A stretch of 61,702 bases of DNA, filler included, from Squatina squatina (GCA_031763465.1; 3 parts of 3 records of this genome joined end to end with filler, not necessarily neighbours in it); one strand, 5' to 3'; positions 12,251-25,879 are shown, counted from the whole stretch's first letter. A program made the numbers and translations. The notes: generated from the sequence alone by a model not told the origin.

Positions 12251-15200
12251 GTTAGTGCTATTGTACATTATAAATTGTATTATTAAGTTCCTTGAATTCA
12301 ATTAGAGCTTTTGTGGGGGAAAAGGACACTTCAACTATAAATGTTTCAATAATATCGACTCATGAGATTAAATGCAATAATTTTATATTTTATGTTTTAT
12401 GTTATCACTAGTTATATAATTTAGCTTGCATGTGTTGGCTAGAGTTTAATCCTCATAATTAAAAAAAACATCAGTATGTTGATCTGGGTTTTGAGTAACT
12501 TTTATCTTCCAAAAAAAATCAATTTCTGATATTGTACCTCATGACTTGGCCAATCAGCTTGAAATTGCATATTAAAACTTTGTAAAATGCTTCATCATGA
12601 AAAATCAATAGAAATTACCATTTGTAGGAGCATTCCTCCTTATTTTGCTGCTTAAAAAAAACATATTTCTCACCTTTGACTCTGGAGTATGCCAAATAAA
12701 AATCTACACTTGCTTGACATTCAAAAANNNNNNNNNNNNNNNNNNNNNNNNNNNNNNTTGCTGAAACATCCTTTTGAATATTTTCTCAGCAGCATACAAG
12801 ACACGACAACATCTTACCAGCTGCCTTTCCTGCTGCAGTACTCAAAATGGCAGATGTGACAATATAAGATCTTTTTTTTGTTGTTGTTTACATTTAAGGA
12901 TATTACAAATGTAGCAGTTGACACTGTATGAGTGATAATGCTGTCCTGAAGTTGACGGTTGATCTGAAATTACAATAATAGTGATTTTAGCGGCTGGAAA
13001 TCTGTTTGAAGGAAAACTCCTTTTTAATGCCATTAAATCAGTAGATGTTTTTATTGTTTGCAACCATAAATTTCTGGGAGTATTTAAAAGGTAAGATTCT
13101 AACTGTTGATAGGGCAGCGGTTTAATGATAGTGGTGAGGGCGTCAAACAGATTGTAGCTGCTGCAATTTTACAGTAGACATAATTTTGAACAGCCTTAGA
13201 ACTAGTGGAATCTTCAAAAGCTACTGTCATGTCTTGAAAACTGAGAGGAGATTCATGCACTTTCAGGTACTGTCAGCATTGCTCTACTGGACAGAAAAGA
13301 AAAATATGTGTAATGATTCATTGTTGAGCTCGTTCACAGATAATTCATGTGGGTTAAACTGTCGGCCAATTATGGATCAGGAAATTCAGTTGCCTGCAGA
13401 TTAAGCAAGTATTCAACAGTGATGTTGACATTTGCAGCATTCTTCTCTGCATTGAATGAAAACTATATATAATTTGGAAAAACATAGCAATTAAAAAAAA
13501 AAATCAGCCTTGATCAAGAACCAAAGAAGCAGCAGTGTCCTGGGCCCAACCATCTTCAGTTGTTTTATCAATGACCTTTTAACTTTATCTGCTATGACCT
13601 ATGAATACACACAGGTAAAACACCCAAGAACAAATCATTGTCTTTAGGCTAGGCAGTCAGTAGCTGAACACTCCAGAAAATAGATATAATAATGTAATTT
13701 TAATATTGGCTGCAACTCACTAATCCTTAACTCACTAATCCTAAAAGTCTCGAATCTTGGACCTGTAGTGTTATCTGTTCCAAGAGCTCTGCAAGTTAGT
13801 TTCTGTGGGCTTTTTATTGAAGTGCTGACATTAGACTAAGGAAGTCTTAGTCAATTGTTTATAATGTTTGCATGCAGTTACTGTTCAGGGCATAGAATAC
13901 CAAATTAATGATTACTCTGAAGTATAAGCTTGCATGTTTTAGATGTGAATTCTGCACATGCAGGCAGAAAAATGAAAAATTCACATCTTAANNNNNNNNN
14001 NNNNNNNNNNNNNNNNNNNNNNNNNNNNNNNNNNNNNNNNNNNNNNNNNNNNNNNNNNNNNNNNNNNNNNNNNNNNNNNNNNNNNNNNNNNAAGGAAATA
14101 GACAAATTCAACCCCCAAAATATGTTACAGATTGCCACAAGCTTTAGAACCAGAAGATACAGGCTCAATCTTAGAAGGGGGAAAGTGGACAGACAGACTA
14201 GGTTAACCTACTTTATGCAGATGGTGTTGTAGAATCTACTGCCTAAAAAGGAGTGGAGGCAGATTGTATGGAAAAAGTTAGGGGAGAATTGGCTAGATTT
14301 TTGAGGGAATGGGCAATTGAGTATTATTAATTTTTGGGTACAGCAATCTGAACTGCAGAATCATTTCTGTTCCTGCACTTTTTGTGTTTGTACTTTTCTT
14401 CAAGTTATGGAACTTAAATATTTTCTTCCGGGATCTTGGTACTGTTGATGTGTTACGTTCCAGAGAGCCCGATTCTGTAATTTATTAGTTGGCTTTCCTA
14501 TTGCACTGAAAAGTTCACTTTTTTTCTCAAAAAAAGGTTAATTATTATTATGCTCATGTCATGGTTATTAATAGAGGCTTTGTAATCATTGCATGCATCC
14601 ATTTTTCTTCATGTATTGTTATATTAATGATAGAATCACCTTAAAGAGTAGTTAAGCAACTTGGTTACTGATGGGCAAGGTTAGGAAATTCATGCAGGGC
14701 AAAACATCACTGAGAAATCTGGGAGCAGCTGTCATTTTGATTAATAAATATTAAATGGGACCAGAAACCTGAGTAATTTGCTATATTTTGCTAAAAGACA
14801 AAAAATACCCAGAATACTTAATATAAGAAATAAATACACTGAATTGTTTCCAGTTATTTCAAGGTTTCTGTGAAGAATGACCTGCTCATCCTCATCATAC
14901 ACTCTGGAGAAATCATGTTCCACACAGCAAGATCTGGAGTATTGCTATTGTTGAAAAATTTCTTCATGAAATCTCAAAATGTGCAATTTGAATTAAAATG
15001 ATACCTTTGAGTGCTGTGACTGTAACATAGTTATCTCGGTTTTTAATTTGGAATCCTGCCACATTCCAGTCCTTTGAGTGCACTAATTCCATATGCATTG
15101 GCAATGTGGATTCTGTATCATGTGTTTTGATGGAAGCACTGTAGATACCATCTAAAGTCCCAATTATACAGCAGCTATTGAATACATTTGGGTCTGTTCA

Positions 15201-15739
15201 GAGCATTCAGTTGGTCTGAAATAAAATGCATTATGAAAATGGTGTAAGTTTGGATTGTAATTTGTATATTGGAATAAAAAAAACAGCAATTTACCAATGC
15301 TGGCAAAGCTGCCAGGTAACCCGTTGTCTGCACACTGATGCTTGCTTTTGCAATGTGNNNNNNNNNNNNNNNNNNNNNNNNNNNNNNNNNNNNNNNNNNN
15401 NNNNNNNNNNNNNNNNNNNNNNNNNNNNNNNNNNNNNNNNNNNNNNNNNNNNNNNNNCTACTGTGGTCTCCCAGATCATTGGATTACTAGTCCAGTAACA
15501 TAACCACTATACTACCATTCCCGGTGTATTGCCAGCCCTGACACTGAACTACTGTTGCTTACAGAGGCTGCAGCTTATGTCTTGGACTGTTTAGTGAAGG
15601 GAGAACTGCTTCATATTTTAGCTGAAACTTCAATTTCTTTGCACATTGTAAATTGGATTTGGTGCTTCACTAGCACTACAACTGGAGAGGAGGACCATCA
15701 AGAGTCGGAAAAGTCTGCCTTGGATATCAAGTGGCGCAC

Positions 15740-16300
15740 TGTGTATATCGTCAGGCACCTCCGTTACACAACACAACAGGTTTATAGACACGGCTACCCT
15801 GGGAATGACAGAAGAAATATGTCTAAGGAAGTTAAGATTTAACAGGCAGGTTGTGACAGAGCTGTGCCATCTCATTTGGTCCACTGTGACAATCTTGTGC
15901 TCCGTATGAGTTCAAATGGATTTTATTCTCTCAATGTCCAGCTGTTATGTGAGCAACAGCACAGAATCATACAGATCTACTTGCCTGGGAGCTGTCACAA
16001 TACCTTTATTTTAAGACAATCATCTGTACCACAGGGGAAGGAAAAATGGAAGGATGGCTCCTGGGAGAGCAAGGCTATCTACTGCAGTCATAGCTAATAC
16101 ACCCTTACACCAAACATGGACAGAATTAGAGTGCAGGTAAAAACAAAGCTTATGCTGTGACAAGAATTACTATTGAACACACAGTTTGAAGTCTTGAAGC
16201 AGCACTTCAGATGTCTTGACTGATCGGAGGTGCTTTATAGGCAGATAATTACCACCTGCTACATGTTTCATAACTTTTCCCTGCAAGCAGACCTCACCAT
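15740..16300 (+). mobile_element. PIF/Harbinger (HARBI1-type DDE) transposase relic in a NOL4 intron
   Basis: Interrupted translation gives GMTEEICLRKLRFNRQVVTELCHL / NGFYSLNVQLLCEQQHRII / PGSCHNTFILRQSSVP / GWLLGEQGY / TRITIEHT / LKQHFRCLD / CYMFHNF. Confidence 0.8.
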
Positions 16301-16448
16301 ACAGGATGATAACCAGGTGACAAAGCCATGGCNNNNNNNNNNNNNNNNNNNNNNNNNNNNNNNNNNNNNNNNNNNNNNNNNNNNNNNNNNNNNNNNNNNN
16401 NNNNNNNNNNNNNNNNNNNNNNNNNNNNNNNNTTCCTCTTATCAACAG

Positions 16449-16640
16449 ATGTTTGTGAGGCTGTTTGTAGATGAAAACTTGGACCGAATGGTCCCCATTT
16501 CTAAGCAGCCCAAAGAAAAGATCCAGGCAATAATTGAGTCATGCAGCCGGCAATTCCCTGAATATCAGGAGCGTGCCCGGAAGCGCATACGTACTTACCT
16601 CAAGTCCTGCAGGCGGATGAAAAAGAATGGTTTTGAGACG
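16449..16640 (+). CDS. NOL4: NOL4 internal exon (about exon 8)
   Basis: cag|ATG...ACG|gtgagt. Translates as [64 protein letters not shown]. Confidence 0.97.
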
Positions 16641-17156
16641 GTGAGTTGGACTGTCCAAATACAACCCATTCCCAGTCTGCATCCAGTTCCCATGCATAAA
16701 CTCATCACAAGATTTTTTTTCCCCACCCCCCACCATTCTGAGGATTTTTAAAAATATTATTTTTGGTAACATCAGTTCAAAGACCTTTCCCTTTCATCTA
16801 AACCATGTTTACTTTGCGTCACTGATGTCTAGGAAAATATTTTATGTGAATGATTGTAGTTTCAAAGGTTGATGATTGAGTGCCTCATAAAATATTATAA
16901 ACAATATTCTGTGTCTTATGTACTGTACCTGTCTACAAACTTTTCTCCAAATCTATCCTTTGACANNNNNNNNNNNNNNNNNNNNNNNNNNNNNNNNNNN
17001 NNNNNNNNNNNNNNNNNNNNNNNNNNNNNNNNNNNNNNNNNNNNNNNNNNNNNNNNNNNNNNNNNAGAAACACCATCATTAAATATTTTGTGTTAGTTTG
17101 TAACTATCTCTTTTTTAAAGCCTGGTGTAATATTTCTTTTGTATTTCTTTCTTCAG

Positions 17157-17279
17157 TCTCGTCCCATCCCTTCACACCTCACATCTGCAGTAGCAGAGAA
17201 TATCTTGGCCACAGCTTGTGAGAGCGAGAGCCGGAATGCAGCTAAGAGAATGCGTCTGGATGTGCGTCAACAGCAACAG
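17157..17279 (+). CDS. NOL4: NOL4 internal exon (about exon 9)
   Basis: ttcag|...|gtatt. Translates as [41 protein letters not shown]. Confidence 0.96.
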
Positions 17280-17374
17280 GTATTAGTATCATAATTAAAT
17301 GAGTGTCCCATGGTAACAGTTTTACAAGCACAAAGAGTATATTATGACACTTTCGTCCAATGGGTAATCTGTTC

Positions 17375-17620
17375 ATTGTGACTTGAGCACATAATCTAGA
17401 TTAACATTCCACTGCAGTACTGAGGGATTGTGGAGATGCCATCCTTTGGATGAGATGTTAAACTATGCCTGTGGATGCTAAAGATTCTATGGCACTATTT
17501 GGGAGTTCTTCTGGTGCTCTGACTAATGTTCCTATCTCACACAACACCACCAAAAAAGTTAAGAACATCCATCTTATTGCTGATTGTGAGATCTTGCTGT
17601 GTGTAAAATGGCTATTACAT
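17375..17620 (+). mobile_element. Decayed DeuSINE
   Basis: Contains gcagtactgaggg...ggatgagatgttaaac...tatggcactattt...gatcttgctgtgtg, matching the other copies. Confidence 0.6.
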
Positions 17621-18907
17621 TGTGAGTAAAATAGATTAGATTTGGTCTATAGTACCAAGAGACTAGAGGGAGTTTTGTTCCAAAGTATAAAGGTTTTTTT
17701 AAGAAGTTACAATATAAGTAGTAAAGATGTTAAAATACAAACGTACAATCATAACATACCAAATAAGACGTTGAGATTCAACCAACTTAACACTGACGAG
17801 GTTCCGAAGTGATTAAACTCGCAAGGTCTTGCTACCACTTGAACGTGCCTGGATTCGCTCCCAGAATATTCTAACATCGATGATTTAAGTCCAGCCTTAT
17901 ATACATCAATCACCCATTAGTGCTTACAGAACTCTGAGCCTCCTTTGTGCCTGCATGTCAATCAATTTCAATGTCTCCCAAGCCAAGCAGCCACTTCTGC
18001 ACTTTCCCCAATAAGGCAGAAACAGACAACTAATGGTTCCCCATGCCATGATCCCATAAACATGAGATAACTAATGGTGACAAGGTGTCTCATTATGTGG
18101 TTTCATGAAGGACATGCTATCTTAACAAAGTTAAGCAGTCTTCAGACAAGGCTACTTAAGCTTTTCTTAACAAGGTTAACAATTATACAGTAGCTTGCTA
18201 AAGATGCTTTTCTTACATGCATTTACCTAATTAATAACAANNNNNNNNNNNNNNNNNNNNNNNNNNNNNNNNNNNNNNNNNNNNNNNNNNNNNNNNNNNN
18301 NNNNNNNNNNNNNNNNNNNNNNNNNNNNNNNNNNNNNNNNGGCATGAAGCTGCCTTTTGTTCTTAGCTTAGAAAAATCTGTGCCTATATTGATAAGGATA
18401 TTGATACAATGTCTTTCACGTTCCTCAAATATGTTACCAACTTTTTCAGCAGATTTTAATGAAATTTCTGCATACTTTAAGCAACTGAGGGGAGAAGAGT
18501 AAGTGCCACAGCCCTAGCCTATATCTGACTTATTTACTTACAATTTGGCAGCAGTATGTTACCCTCATGTGTGTTTAAATTACTCAGAATACATAAAGTT
18601 ATAGCAAAACTACCTTCTGACAAATTTTTCACAATAAATATTAAAAGGTCAGAGAAATTAAAATAATTAAGGTTTTCTTTTAATCCACTGTATTTGTAAA
18701 ATGTCCAGAGTGATAATCCTTGTTATATTTTTGATTTTGGTACAAAAACCTTTGTATGGTTAAATATGCTTTGCTACTTGCCATCAGTTGGTATTTTGGC
18801 TCTGTGCAGAGAACTTTCATACAGCTCAAAACACGGTGTGTCAAATAATTATCTGTGGAGTTAGGACAGTTAATTGATTTTATTTGTCTATCCATTTTGT
18901 AAATAAT

Positions 18908-19673
18908 GGCCTGGATTTTGCTGTAATAATAATGGCAAGGCTATCGGCTCTCGCCATTACTACATGGTAAATCTGACAGCAACTTCTGGTGTCTGCACAT
19001 GCGCAGTTAAATGCGGAAATCCAGAGGTTACTGTTAGAGATACCCTGCTCCTCCACAAGGTGCGTTGCTGCAGTCCTCACCGATAGACTCGGTACTGAAA
19101 TCACTCTAATGGCGTGAACTTGACGTGCTTACCCATTAGTTATGCACTAAAGACGGCTGAAAAAGTTAGGGCTGGTACATTTAGGAGTAAGTGAGTTTTT
19201 AAATGGCATAATAAGTGCTAATTATTGCTGAACAAACTCTCTGGCCCTGAAAGATTAATTTTACAAGTGTGGAGTCTCATTCTCTCAATAAAAATTAATG
19301 TTGCATATTTAAAAAAAATAAACATCAGTTTTTTCATTATTTTTTCTGTTTGTCTTTTATCTCGCTCTCTCCCTTAACCACATCTGTATTTCCCAATCTT
19401 TATTTTGCTTTCTTTACATCATTTAAATGTAATTTATATTTCTTGCTTTATACTTCCTCATTTGGACTGCATGTATCAATGAAGATACTTCAGTTTGATT
19501 GGTTGAAGAGCCTTGTTGTTGCTTAACCTGTTCAGAGCCACCACAGATTCTCTGTAGAGGGCACCACACTGAAACAGACACCGTATTATTGGAAATCAAT
19601 GCTGACAAATCCAGAAAAATCTGTGGGCACGAGGTCAAGCCATTCCTTTGTCACTGAGAGCAAAATCCGGGCC
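18908..19673. mobile_element. MITE with terminal inverted repeats (probably Harbinger-class)
   Basis: aatGGCCTGGATTTTGCT (18905-18922) and AGCAAAATCCGGGCCatt (19659-19676) match 17/18 as inverted repeats. AT-rich non-coding core. Confidence 0.8.
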
Positions 19674-19872
19674 ATTGTTTTCAATTATATAGGGAAAGTA
19701 TCATATTTGTCACTACCATAACAGGATGTACCTTCAAACCTTTTGCAGACACTAGGACACATTTAATTTTGAACAAAAGCTTTCCATTGCTTTTGTGTCC
19801 ATGACTACCATAAATATGTTTCCCCATAAATAAACTTTACATCTCATTAAAAAATGCTTTGCACTTTTGCAG

Positions 19873-20065
19873 GATGAGCCTGTTGCAGTTGGCAAACAGT
19901 GGACGAGAGAATCTGCCCAGGTCACTTACACAGCCCCAGCAGTTTCTTACTCACAGGAGCTGATGTACATCAATGGAAATACGAGCTATAGTTACCATGG
20001 TTATGGAGGGCTGGGTGGTGGGAAGCAAAATCCACCTTCCTTACCAAGTGATGGTACAAACAGTG
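19873..20065 (+). CDS. NOL4: NOL4 penultimate exon
   Basis: tgcag|...|gtagg. Translates as DEPVAVGKQWTRESAQVTYTAPAVSYSQELMYINGNTSYSYHGYGGLGGG...; ends in phase 1. Confidence 0.93.
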
Positions 20066-20775
20066 GTAGGTGCTATTGGATATCTGTTATTGATCATCAG
20101 TAATATCTCAAACAATTTAAATCTAAAGAAATTATTTCTGAATACCCGTGCATTAGTCATATTCTTGATAATAGTATGTTACTGAAAAAAATATACTCCA
20201 AATGCAAATGTACAGAAGGCTCACGACCTAAGCTAAAAAATTAGGCTTTAAAATCAGTGAATGGATTTAATATGTTTTGTCATGTTAATCCTGTTTCAGC
20301 AGCTCAAACCAAGATGCCAGGTGCCAATGTAAAGTCAAAGGTTTTAATGCAGCAATTTTGTCAAAATTTATCTGTAAGACACACTTGGCAGCTGTTAATG
20401 TCATTACCTTAATTGCTATCAACAATCACAGTATCTGAATACTGACAAATCATCTTGTTTTCGTCACGTTTGTACAAAAGCACAAGGAGCTAGCAATCTT
20501 CTAAATAAATAAAGAACTTCTCCTATAAATCTGATATATGTGTATATATAATGTGATTCTTGTGATTTTTAAAGATTTACAGTATGTCATCTGCTATTGC
20601 ATATTATGTAACAAAACTTGCCAAAGGGCTAGTTGGAATGTTAAATATATAAAACTGATTGCTTTTTGCCTATTGAATTGCCAAAGCAGAAACAATCAGA
20701 GTGACTTGAGATTAAGGAGAGATATACATTGGAAGTGCATCCAAATATGGAGTAATGTTTCATTTCTATTCAAAG

Positions 20776-20978
20776 GCCCAGCAGATCTCAGCGTGAAGAA
20801 GTCCCTTGCATCACACTCTGGATCCTCCAACATTAACAATTCCAAAACCCCACCGGCTCAGCTGAGTCCCACTGAAATAAATGCAGTACGGCAGCTTGTT
20901 GCAGGATATCGAGAGTCAGCAGCCTTTTTACTCCGTTCTGCAGATGAGCTTGAAAACTTGATTTTACAGCAGAATTAA
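20776..20978 (+). CDS. NOL4: NOL4 last coding exon
   Basis: aag| acceptor. Translates as (G)PADLSVKK...[39 protein letters not shown], the NOL4 C-terminus. Confidence 0.97.
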
Positions 20979-23219
20979 CTCCTGTCAAGCTGCCCTCTTC
21001 CCTGTTAATGTTTAGATTTCTGGGGCAGACACCTCTCTGTTACTAGACAATACCATGGGATAAAGGCTGTCATAGTCTCCCATCATACCCCTGAATGTCA
21101 AACAACAAATTGGACCACCTCTGGTCTTTTATGAGGAACCATTGCATTTGCAGCATAAGGCTTCAATCTGTTCTACTTCATATTTTCTAATTGAAGTAAC
21201 AAACAGAACATGACCACAAATGTTTAACCATCTTCATTGACTGACCACCAAGTAAAAAACAACAGCATCAATATCGTCTTACGTTCCAAGTGCAATATGA
21301 GTTTAAGGTGCTACAATAGTTTACTTTGTACGACTGCAGAGATGAAAAGAATTTAAGGAGGCTTTATACCTGTAAAAAAGAATCATGTAGTAGATGCTGA
21401 GCAGGTTATGGGAATTTGTTGCTGGTTTTGGGGTGGTGGTATCAGGTTAATGGGGAGTTATTAAGCCAATATCATTTATCATATTGGGTTTACGCTCCTC
21501 CTGTTATCTATCCCCATCTAACTCACACATACGTTTACCCCTGTGTTCAGGTAAATTAAATCCTGATGGCTAGTATGGTGCCTGTGTAAAATGCATCTGA
21601 AAGCTAAATAGACAAGTTGTTTATTGGATTGNNNNNNNNNNNNNNNNNNNNNNNNNNNNNNNNNNNNNNNNNNNNNNNNNNNNNNNNNNNNNNNNNNNNN
21701 NNNNNNNNNNNNNNNNNNNNNNNNNNNNNNNNNNNNNNNNNNNNNNNNNNNNNNNNNNNNNNNNNNNNNNNNNNNNNNNNNNNNNNNNNNNNNNNNNNNN
21801 NNNNNNNNNNNNNNNNNNNNNNNNNNNNNNNNNNNNNNNNNNNNNNNNNNNNNNNNNNNNNNNNNNNNNNNNNNNNNNNNNNNNNNNNNNNNNNNNNNNN
21901 NNNNNNNNNNNNNNNNNNNNNNNNNNNNNNNNNNNNNNNNNNNNNNNNNNNNNNNNNNNNNNNNNNNNNNNNNNNNNNNNNNNNNNNNNNNNNNNNNNNN
22001 NNNNNNNNNNNNNNNNNNNNNNNNNNNNNNNNNNNNNNNNNNNNNNNNNNNNNNNNNNNNNNNNNNNNNNNNNNNNNNNNNNNNNNNNNNNNNNNNNNNN
22101 NNNNNNNNNNNNNNNNNNNNNNNNNNNNNNNNNNNNNNNNNNNNNNNNNNNNNNNNNNNNNNNNNNNNNNNNNNNNNNNNNNNNNNNNNNNNNNNNNNNN
22201 NNNNNNNNNNNNNNNNNNNNNNNNNNNNNNNNNNNNNNNNNNNNNNNNNNNNNNNNNNNNNNNNNNNNNNNNNNNNNNNNNNNNNNNNNNNNNNNNNNNN
22301 NNNNNNNNNNNNNNNNNNNNNNNNNNNNNNNNNNNNNNNNNNNNNNNGTAATTGGACAGCACTGACATCTAAGCTTTTTGTAATGTTTATTTGATTGATT
22401 GATATATTGTTTAACAAAGTCAAAATGGTTGGTATTGTAGGTGAATATAAATGTGAGAAAACAGTCACTGCTATAATCCAAATATTTGTGGATTTTTCCT
22501 TCTACTGCAGCATATACCTCTTAATAGAAAGCTGGAACCAATAAATATTGAACAAAATTAGTTTTGAAACATCTTGACAGATAATGCCAAAATATATTTG
22601 TAGTGCAATGCAAGTGCGTTTCTCTCCTGGCTAACAACTAATTCTAATGGATAGCTACACATTTACTAAAGCAACAGTATGCACTACCCAGGAAAAGTTA
22701 TTGTATGCTATTATAGAGTCTTTAATGACATCTGTTGCAAACTCACGGTTATAAAAAGATTATTTAAAATTTTAACCTATTTTTGTCATGCCACTAAAAT
22801 GTTAATTGGAATTGAAATAGTTTCACATGCAATTCATTCCCAGAAAACTTATTTTAGTAATTGTACACAAAGGCAGTACTGCATACAGGAGCATAATTGT
22901 CTTCTTGTTCCAGCCAAAATAGAAGTTCATAATGTGGGCTCCAATATTCGGCCAATGAGAACACTCATTTTGACTGTATATGGGAGTTTATTATGTGCAT
23001 GGCTCAGCTACTCAAAATAAATTGACTGAGCCACCAGGGGAGTGGGAGGGAACTGTTTTAATTGGTTCATTTTCCTTATCTAGGCATAAGAAATCACATT
23101 GCATGTTTTTCTTTGATTCACCCACTGCAGACGATCTATCTACTGGACAGGAAGCATTCCCTTAGTAATCGCACTACCGTCAACAGCAAAACCCGTAAGC
23201 TGACCAATTGAAATAATTC

Positions 23220-23575
23220 CTGTGATGGCTCAGTGAGTTTTTCTTGTGAGTGGTGCTGACATATAGATCAGAAAGATACCATACTCTGTAAATGCTCTGT
23301 GATGAGATAGCTGGCCTTAGTGAGAGTAGCAGTATAGTGTCAGCAATCCTGGGTTAGGCAGGAACCAATTGGCTAAAGTTGATAATCCTGATTGCATTTA
23401 GTAGTCCCTTCTAGAAGTTCATGCTTGCTGTTGACATCAGTTGAAAGAATTGGGTTCAGCTGTAATATACTCTGATAGAATAGCCTGCCCAGTTACTGTC
23501 AGCTCATACATGGATAATGGCCACTTGTACCAAAAACCAAACGGTGCCTGGGATCATTAAATGGATGGAACCACT
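23220..23575 (+). mobile_element. Possible ancient, decayed tRNA-derived SINE
   Basis: tggctcagtg A-box-like start and an internal segment (gaatagcctgcc...gctcatacatggataatggccacttg) resembling an old vertebrate SINE. Family not identified. Confidence 0.35.
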
Positions 23576-23819
23576 CGCCACACAATTTCCCACTCACTAC
23601 TCACATGAATTCTGCTGGTCGTATTAATGCCACTAGGCAGAAAATCAACTTAATATATTCATTCCTGGATCAGCAAAAATACTTCTATATATTCTTCTAT
23701 ATATTCCATCCTAAGTNNNNNNNNNNNNNNNNNNNNNNNNNNNNNNNNNNNNNNNNNNNNNNNNNNNNNNNNNNNNNNNNNNNNNNNNNNNNNNNNNNNN
23801 NNNNNNNNNNNNNNNNATG

Positions 23820-24194
23820 AGAAGCCAAAGACAGGCAAGCAGAGGCTCAGAGTGAGGCTTTTAAAACACAGAGTCATGTGATGCGGGCGTCACAGACCCA
23901 CAGAGCAAAAATAAAATGGTGCCTATTCTGACTCCTGCCGCTAGCGCTGGATTCTCTGAGTTGAGGCCCGTGTCAACGCTGAAAAAAGCAGGCGTTGTTA
24001 CCACCGGATTTAGTGCACACGGACACTGTGCAATTCTGGATGGGCGGCCATTTTGGGCGGCACGTAAACTTATGCTGTCACAGCGCCACAATAACCCTAA
24101 AGCCGGTGCCTCAAGCCTTTTTTATGCCTAAAGTGCCTTTACGCCAGTTTTGCGCTGATTTCACGCGAGAAGTTTTACCTCAAATTGGCCGCCC
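23820..24194. mobile_element. Terminal portion of a DNA transposon/MITE
   Basis: CpG-rich segment ending caaattggccgccc, similar to the TIR at 33425-33444 and 54737-54756. Confidence 0.5.
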
Positions 24195-25879
24195 TTTGTA
24201 TTTTCTTGGATCAGCACCCAGGGCCAGGAAGAATGCTAATCCAGGTGTGCCACCCCCTGATGGGTATGACAATGAAGGAGTTCTCTTCTGGCTGGGATTT
24301 TCAGCAAACTGCCAGAGACTAGCAGATAAAAGAAAGAATAAAAAATATATTTTTTATAAGCTATATATATGGTATTCTTCCCCTTTAAACACACTTGGTC
24401 TGATAATGCTAATTATGCAATGTTTATTTTGTTAGAGTGCTGAAAATACTGAAATAGTTGCTTTCATTCTTCATATGTATATATATATATTTATTTACTC
24501 CCCAATTAATTAATTCGTTCTTGAAGGTCTGCCAGCTACCCAAAAGGCTCGTATTTCCTCATCCTTGTGATTGAGTTTTTGGAGCAACTTCCAACAAAGC
24601 CTCGAACACTTCAGTTTAAATTGTGACCTTTCATGTAGTTTTCTAGTTGTGTTGTCTATTGAATGTGCAACACCACTTAAACATAAAATCCCTTTATCAG
24701 GAAAGATCTGCTATTAACCACATTTACATTTAGATACAAAGTGAAATTGCCAAAATCTACTCTCAATAATGACATAAAATCAATTGGAGCTGCTCCTGTT
24801 CATACTGCTTCAAGGATTGTAATAGTGAAAGCATGTACAAAGCCTGGATAAATGCCAGGAGGGTGGTGTCATGCATTGCTGACCTTACCTTCTCAGCATC
24901 CGCTGCCAAGCAATTTCAGTCTGCTAGAAAGGAGATTTAGCTTCAGGTAGGAGAACGGTTTCCATTATTGCAACCTTGCAGTCATTCCAGTTACTGTGTC
25001 AGTGCCCCTCTGCTGTTTGCAAGCATAAACAATAAAACTATTGTGCTTTGTTTGAAGATGAGTCCATACTAGTCCNNNNNNNNNNNNNNNNNNNNNNNNN
25101 NNNNNNNNNNNNNNNNNNNNNNNNNNNNNNNNNNNNNNNNNNNNNNNNNNNNNNNNNNNNNNNNNNNNNNNNNNNGTATTAACTAATATGGATACCGCAA
25201 ACTACCAGTTTAATCAATTCTACATTTGTTGCATTCACTGCTTACGCTTACAAAGTGCTATCACATGCTGAAGGTGAATCAAAAAGATAAAAAAATGGAT
25301 GGGCAAAGTTAATAGGTATACTATTTTAAGTAAAAGCAGACTACTCTATTCCTCTAAAAAATAGTGTAGATGCTGTTTTTTTATCCACTTCTATAATTTT
25401 TTTTCCCCCATTTATATGTGTAATACTTGAATGATGTGCCTAATCAAACAAGATTTATACCACGATACTCATTTGGTTGTAACATTCATGCACTGTAACA
25501 ATATCATTCCCTGTTTTATCTAACATTGCCAGAATAATTACAGTACAGTGATACAATTTGGGGCTAAACCAGCCCCGGAAGCAGCTTGTGTAAAATATCA
25601 GTGCTTTTAAAAGGATAAAAATTCCCAACACTGATGAAGGCTCAGAGAGAGAAGTAAATCTATTGTAGTGACAAAACTACACAAAAAAAAATACATCGAA
25701 ACAAATTCACATTGTATCTCAGTCCCAGATGTGGTAACTTTCAAGATCCTGGTGCAGAATTCAGTACAAGACTATAAAATCTACTGTTATAAAACTTAAA
25801 AAATAGTGCTAANNNNNNNNNNNNNNNNNCCCCCACTTAGCCCCTGTTTTCACCCTTTCACCAAAATAACTCCCAATCT

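Noticed and set aside
17620-18240. Possible solo LTR
   Set aside because: Only vague TG-start and TATA-like hints; the other end is lost in a gap and there is no second copy.
8594-20978. Unusually compact NOL4 gene lacking exons 1-2 and 6-7
   Set aside because: Many placeholder gaps make both intron sizes and missing exons assembly artefacts.
21518-22481. Long ORFs in the track (also near 6316-6925, 45569-47176 and 58646-59582)
   Set aside because: They are open only because they run through N gaps.
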